Shown here: piece after piece, positions 59,029-64,000 of the stretch
Position numbering within the stretch: position 1 is the stretch's first letter
Layout of the letters: each line of letters starts with the position of its first letter
Origin: a virus
Lineage: Duplodnaviria > Caudoviricetes
DNA length: 64,000 nt
Strand: one strand, 5' to 3'
Virus record (IMG/VR): IMGVR_UViG_3300032030_000016
The notes under the pieces: generated by a model
What the model saw: the letters and a program-made list of their open reading frames with translations, nothing else
What the model was told of the DNA's origin: nothing
Databases searched by the model: none
Position numbers and translations under genes: made by a program

Positions 59029-60537
59029 ATGGCAATAATTTCACAAGACCAATACAATGTTGTCAAACAAAGATATAGAAAAATATTAATAAAAATTAAT
59101 TTACTGAATTTTAATTTTCAAGTTGTTGATTCTATTGAGGGGAATTTAACAACTGGTAGTATTACGATAAATGCCAATAGTGATATTAGACGTTCGTGTA
59201 ATATCACTATGGTTGTAAAAAATCATACATTTCAAATTAGTGCTGGTGGTCAAATTTGGCTTGATAAGTATATCCAGATTTATTATGGAATAGTAAATAA
59301 TGTAAATAATGAAGTCGTTTGGACAAATATGGGAATATTTTTAATTAATAACCCTAATCATGTTTATGATTCTGTCAACAACACAATAACATTTCAAGGC
59401 GTTGACTTGATGGCTAAACTTACTGGCATTAGAAATGGATATTTTGAATGGTTAAATGGTGTTATTCCTCAACAAACAGATGAAGAAAATGGAACATTGA
59501 GAGATATTTTTATTGATTTGTTAGAACAAGCAGGTTTTACAAAATATAATATTGAAAATTTGGTTTATATAAATGGAGAAGTTATAAAACTTCCATATGA
59601 TGTGGAAATTTCAGCGACAAGTACATTATATGACGTTTTTAATGAAATTAGAAATAATGTCCTACCAAATTATGAAATGTTTTTTGATATAGATGGTGTT
59701 TTCAATTTAAAGAAAATTTATAACTCGGCATCAGACCCAATAATTATTGATAATGATGTTTTTAATAAAACTGTCATGAATATTACGAATGACATTAATT
59801 TTGAAAATGTTAAAAATGCTATTGAAATCTGGGGACAAACTTTAGAGCCTGTATATGGTAATCCAGTGTGCACTATTGACAGCGATTCTCAGCTTGGAGA
59901 TGTTTGGTTTTGTGAAATAACAGAAATAAAAGCATTTGAAACTATACCTGAAAACAGTTATATAGGTTTTGGTATTCGTTCAAGTGTTTATACACAAACA
60001 TCTTATCTGCATATTGATGGTTTTCAACCCTATCAAATAGTTGATGAAAATAATGATCCCGTTTATTTTGATCAACCAGAAACTGGAAGTATTGATTATT
60101 ATATAGTTGTTTTTGAATCAGAAGAAAATGGGGGGCATTTTAAATTAATTGGTAATCAACAAGTCTATTGTTACATAGAAGATGATATTCCAGAATCACC
60201 ATTTTATGTAAATGGTAGCATTGGCAAAATTTTATTGCCCTTATCTGGTGGAGAATATGAAATTATACAAACAAAACAACAAGCATATGAAAGAGCTTTA
60301 TATGAACTCTATAATTATGCACGAATGAATGATAGTATAAGATTAACTAGTGTAATAATACCTTGGGCTGATGTTAATCAAAAAATAGAATACATTAATG
60401 AAGATGCTGAAATATCTGGAATATTTATTATAAAAAACATATCAATGAATCTGGATGTTGGTGGTGTAATGACTTTAGAATGTATGAGATGGTATGATTA
60501 TGAACCAGACAAATATCCATGGGAACACGATTCTTAA
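59029..60537 (+). CDS. baseplate hub/tail-tip protein
   Basis: SDIRRSCNI; FFDIDGVF; IPWADVNQKI. Confidence 0.65.
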   Translation: MAIISQDQYNVVKQRYRKILIKINLLNFNFQVVDSIEGNLTTGSITINANSDIRRSCNITMVVKNHTFQISAGGQIWLDKYIQIYYGIVNNVNNEVVWTNMGIFLINNPNHVYDSVNNTITFQGVDLMAKLTGIRNGYFEWLNGVIPQQTDEENGTLRDIFIDLLEQAGFTKYNIENLVYINGEVIKLPYDVEISATSTLYDVFNEIRNNVLPNYEMFFDIDGVFNLKKIYNSASDPIIIDNDVFNKTVMNITNDINFENVKNAIEIWGQTLEPVYGNPVCTIDSDSQLGDVWFCEITEIKAFETIPENSYIGFGIRSSVYTQTSYLHIDGFQPYQIVDENNDPVYFDQPETGSIDYYIVVFESEENGGHFKLIGNQQVYCYIEDDIPESPFYVNGSIGKILLPLSGGEYEIIQTKQQAYERALYELYNYARMNDSIRLTSVIIPWADVNQKIEYINEDAEISGIFIIKNISMNLDVGGVMTLECMRWYDYEPDKYPWEHDS

Positions 60538-60554
60538 AAAAAGAAAGGAAAAAA

Positions 60555-61295
60555 ATGAGTGCAACATATCCACAATATCCGCATAGCAATTTTCCAGATG
60601 ATTTAGATTCTTGGGAAGATTTTCTTGATGTAGAAGCATCTGATGCAACTCTACTTACTCAATATCAGCAATATATTCTCGCTGGCGATATGGAAAATGC
60701 TTATAATATCTATCAACAAATTAGTAATGCTGATAGAAAATTTATTGGAGCATTGGTAATGAATCAATTTGCTGATGCGATCATGTCCCTAGAACAGTTT
60801 TATAGCAATAGCGGATTTATAAATTATGTAACAGAAAAACAAGCCGAATGGCAAGTAATTATAGACAAATTTTCATATATCGGTATTTATAATGATACAA
60901 CCCAATATTATAAAAACAATATTGTTTTATATAATGCAAATGGTCAAAATTATTTATATATTAATACCTACAATGGAACAACGCCTGTTGGAACAATTCC
61001 AACTCAACCTAGTTATTGGAGAATATTGACGATTCAAGGAAATCAAGGAGAAGCAGGAAGTTCAACCACTTTTTACTTCTCTTGGGATTCTGCGACAAAC
61101 TATAAAACAAATAATGTTGTTGCAGTTGGATCGTCTTTATATGTAGCTTTACAGGATAATGTTAATATATCGCCTACAGCTAATTCTACTTATTGGCAGA
61201 GAATTTTTACAACACCACAAAAACATTATCCAATACAAGAAACACAACCACAAGATGCTTTGGTTGGAGATTTATGGTTTAGGATTGTGACATGA
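60555..61295 (+). CDS. tail fibre-like protein with CBM5/12-like repeats
   Basis: Y...TQYYKNNIVLY...YW and W...TNYKTNNVV...YW repeats. Confidence 0.65.
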   Translation: MSATYPQYPHSNFPDDLDSWEDFLDVEASDATLLTQYQQYILAGDMENAYNIYQQISNADRKFIGALVMNQFADAIMSLEQFYSNSGFINYVTEKQAEWQVIIDKFSYIGIYNDTTQYYKNNIVLYNANGQNYLYINTYNGTTPVGTIPTQPSYWRILTIQGNQGEAGSSTTFYFSWDSATNYKTNNVVAVGSSLYVALQDNVNISPTANSTYWQRIFTTPQKHYPIQETQPQDALVGDLWFRIVT

Positions 61296-62017
61296 CAGAT
61301 TTAAGAAGATTACAAGATGTTCAGCTCGGAGACGAGAATTTAATAGAGAATTATAGGAACTATTTTAATGATAGACAAATTGATAATGCTCATAATTTAA
61401 TAAACACAAATAAATATAAATCTTATGTTCTTCAAGCTGAATGGATGAATAATATAAAAACAAAGATAGAACAAGTTGAAGAATATAGTGATATTGAAAT
61501 AACACAAAATTTAAATAATAAAAATACAGAGTTTCAAACAAATATTGATAGATTATTATATATTCAAGAATATAATAATGTAACACAATATTATGAAAAC
61601 AATCTTGTTTCATATAATAATAACATTTATTTTTGTATAAATGATTCTTTAGGAAATCTACCAACTAATACAAACTATTGGTTAAAAATAGGATTAATAG
61701 GCGAAAAGGGTCAATATGGATTAGGAATCAATTATAGAGGATTCTGGAACTCAACTACGTCATACAATAAATATGATTTAGTTTCTTATGAAAATAATTT
61801 ATATGTTGCAACCAAAAACAATGTTGGAACAACACCATCTTTTGGTAAATATCTTAATGATTCTTTATATTTAAACAGTAATTTATATTTAGGACTTGAG
61901 GATAAAACAGCAACATGGTTCTTATTGACAAGAATAGAAATTCAACCAATCTATGTTTTCCCCGCCGACTATAAACAACTTCAATTAGATTCTATCTTTT
62001 TTGCAGAGGTTCAATGA
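61292..62017 (+). CDS. paralogous tail fibre-like protein with CBM-like repeats
   Basis: Same architecture as the preceding gene. Confidence 0.65.
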   Translation: MTDLRRLQDVQLGDENLIENYRNYFNDRQIDNAHNLINTNKYKSYVLQAEWMNNIKTKIEQVEEYSDIEITQNLNNKNTEFQTNIDRLLYIQEYNNVTQYYENNLVSYNNNIYFCINDSLGNLPTNTNYWLKIGLIGEKGQYGLGINYRGFWNSTTSYNKYDLVSYENNLYVATKNNVGTTPSFGKYLNDSLYLNSNLYLGLEDKTATWFLLTRIEIQPIYVFPADYKQLQLDSIFFAEVQ

Positions 62018-62412
62018 CAAACTATAATATAGAAATAAGACAATTTAATGGTACCGATTATGATGTTCTTTATCCAGTAACAACAATCGGAAATATAATT
62101 GATTTAGAAAATCAATTAAATAATAGACCTATACTGACAACAACACAAGTTACTTTAACCGCTAGCGGATGGTCTGGTAATGGTTCAACAACACCATATA
62201 CACAAGATATCACAATATCTGGTGTTACAACAAGTAGTAATATAATTATCAATATTGTCCCATTATCTACAAGTTACACAGGTATTGCAAATGAAGTAAA
62301 CAATTTTCAATACATAAATTTCACAACTCCACTAAATGGCAAAGTGAGATTTACTTGTGTTGGTAGTAAGCCAACAATTGCATTAACTGTAAAAGTTTTA
62401 TGTTTTCAATAA
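62014..62412 (+). CDS. small tail-associated beta protein
   Basis: YDVLYPVT; TLTASGW...YTQDITISGVT. Confidence 0.6.
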   Translation: MTNYNIEIRQFNGTDYDVLYPVTTIGNIIDLENQLNNRPILTTTQVTLTASGWSGNGSTTPYTQDITISGVTTSSNIIINIVPLSTSYTGIANEVNNFQYINFTTPLNGKVRFTCVGSKPTIALTVKVLCFQ

Positions 62413-62429
62413 CATAAAGGAGGAATAAT

Positions 62430-63320
62430 ATGAAGTTAGCATTAATACGACCAGTAAAAAAAAGTTATGTTGTTACTTTTTCGTATAGTGAGCATGTTGC
62501 TTATGCTATTCAAAATAATCTTGGTAACACTTATCGTGGTGGTATAGATTATGTTGGATATAATGCTGATTCTAATGGAAACATACCTCTGTATTGTGCA
62601 GATAAAGGCATTGTAAACAAAATTGTTTATGATGAAAAAGGATATGGGAATTGTATAAAAGTTAAACATCAATGGGGTTATTCTATATATGCACATATGA
62701 AATATCCCCCAACTTTAGCTATTGGAACGACAGTGGATGAATTTACAATTCTTGGTTATCAGGGTCATAGTGGAAATTGTAGAGATGCAAATGGGAATAA
62801 TACAGAAGCCGCCTCACATCTCCATTTTGAAATCAGGGATTTGAATAATAATACATTTGATCCAACTCCTTACATCATAGATAGAGAAGATTATATATTA
62901 TCTCAACAAAATTTAAATTTTAATGACAACTCTATTCATGTTGGTTCTGTTGTTTGCATAAAGGATGGTGCAAAATCATACACTGGTCAATCTTTATGGA
63001 ATGGTGTATATGGTCAACCATATACCGTTGACGAGATTTATAATAACAGAGTATTATTAGATAGAGCTGGAATTTGTACACCTGTAAATATTGATGATAT
63101 TTATCTTTACGAAGCACCTAATGAACAGCATAATAATAATGGTAATAACAATCAAGTAAATAATAATGATGAATCAAATTATTACACTGTTCAAGCTGGA
63201 GATAGTTTATGGTCTATTTCGCAAAAATTTAATACAACAATTGACAATATTATGAAACTGAATCCAGAAATTACAAATGCTAATCTTATTTATGTTGGAC
63301 AAACTCTAAAAATAAAATGA
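62430..63320 (+). CDS. endolysin: M23 peptidase, SH3-like and LysM domains
   Basis: GYGN, YAHM, HLHFEIR; YTVQAGDSLWSISQKF...LIYVGQTLKI. Confidence 0.88.
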   Translation: MKLALIRPVKKSYVVTFSYSEHVAYAIQNNLGNTYRGGIDYVGYNADSNGNIPLYCADKGIVNKIVYDEKGYGNCIKVKHQWGYSIYAHMKYPPTLAIGTTVDEFTILGYQGHSGNCRDANGNNTEAASHLHFEIRDLNNNTFDPTPYIIDREDYILSQQNLNFNDNSIHVGSVVCIKDGAKSYTGQSLWNGVYGQPYTVDEIYNNRVLLDRAGICTPVNIDDIYLYEAPNEQHNNNGNNNQVNNNDESNYYTVQAGDSLWSISQKFNTTIDNIMKLNPEITNANLIYVGQTLKIK

Positions 63321-63323
63321 TAC

Positions 63324-63398
63324 TTTTATTTAAAATATTGCATTTTAAAAGTGCAGTACTACTGCACTTTTTTTATGTAATATTACAATAAAAATGAT
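63324..63398 (+). promoter_or_regulatory. dyad motif copy 3
   Basis: AAAAGTGCA-GTACTAC-TGCACTTTT-N15-AATAAAA; imperfect long inverted arms. Confidence 0.6.
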
Positions 63399-63451
63399 GT
63401 TTTTAGGTATTTTTTGTATTTTTACATAAAAAGAACAAAAAATGAGGTTTT

Positions 63452-64000
63452 ATGAAATATTTTGATGATATTATCCCCGATATTCAAAAAGATTGTGATA
63501 AAATAGCAAAAGCATTTGATGAAACAGTTGCAAATGATTTTTATAAAAGATTAAAAGAAGAAGCGAGAAACTGGTATAAATCTCACTCTCCTGCAACAAA
63601 TATGTATAAAAGAACTATGCAGTTGTTAGATAGAGCACCATATCTTGAAAAATTAAGTGACTATGAATACCGTGTTTCTTTATCTCCAGAAAAACTGTGG
63701 CAACATCCTTGGGTTCATGGTAAAAACACAAGAATTGGTTCATATGAAAGTGTAGATGGGGATGATATGAGAAATCAAGTTCTAATATGGGAAGAAGAAG
63801 GAAGAAGCCCATTTGCACAATATGGATATAAAAAAGGTGAAGGAATTTTTGGTACTGCTATCTATTATTTTTTTGAAGATATTGATGGATTAGAAATTCG
63901 TGTTCCGAAAATTTCTTTACCTGATGAAATAAAAAACGATTTAATTACTTTAATGAAAAAAAATCTAAAAACAGAAATAGAAAAACAATATAAAGACTTT
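63452..64000 (+). CDS. hypothetical protein, truncated by the window end (possibly HK97-gp10-like tail completion protein)
   Basis: GAGG RBS; open to the window end; WYKSHSP...YKRTMQL motif. Confidence 0.55.
   Translation, partial: MKYFDDIIPDIQKDCDKIAKAFDETVANDFYKRLKEEARNWYKSHSPATNMYKRTMQLLDRAPYLEKLSDYEYRVSLSPEKLWQHPWVHGKNTRIGSYESVDGDDMRNQVLIWEEEGRSPFAQYGYKKGEGIFGTAIYYFFEDIDGLEIRVPKISLPDEIKNDLITLMKKNLKTEIEKQYKDF

Noticed and set aside
56425-63320. Second DGR target among the tail-tip genes
   Set aside because: No TR-like sequence (e.g. GGTTCGTGCCCGG) seen by eye; a BLAST of TR against the full genome is still needed.
1-64000. Stop-codon reassignment; tRNA or rRNA genes
   Set aside because: Genes are full length and densely packed under the standard code; no cloverleaf or rRNA-like sequence recognised by eye (tRNAscan not run).

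Overview
AT-rich 64-kb segment of a large tailed dsDNA phage or prophage. It has SPbeta-like gene order and Bacillota-type sigma-A promoters and RBSs; the host cannot be fixed from sequence alone. Left arm (1-17254, minus strand): early/accessory genes, including many paralogous Zn-ribbon ORFs, two DNA methyltransferases plus an internally deleted third, an RNA ligase, a PAPS-reductase-like protein, dCTP deaminase and two putative peptidases. Back-to-back consensus sigma-A promoters at 17280-17350 separate the arms. Right arm (plus strand): YonO-like single-subunit RNA polymerase and coupled partner, phosphoesterase, two HU-like genes, terminase, portal, an inserted block (ferritin-like protein plus three glycosyltransferases), protease/scaffold, capsid, neck/tail genes, a complete diversity-generating retroelement (target gene with VR, hairpin, avd, TR, RT), tyrosine recombinase, holins, tape measure, tail tip genes and an M23-LysM endolysin. 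Highlights: (1) the intact DGR, with 17/17 VR-TR mismatches at TR adenines; (2) a three-glycosyltransferase cassette inside the head operon, a candidate virion glycosylation system; (3) a dyad motif AAAAGTGCA-7bp-TGCACTTTT followed by N15-AATRAAA, found three times at late transcription-unit starts, a candidate phage-RNAP promoter or recombinase site. Protein calls come from motif recognition and synteny, not from database searches.
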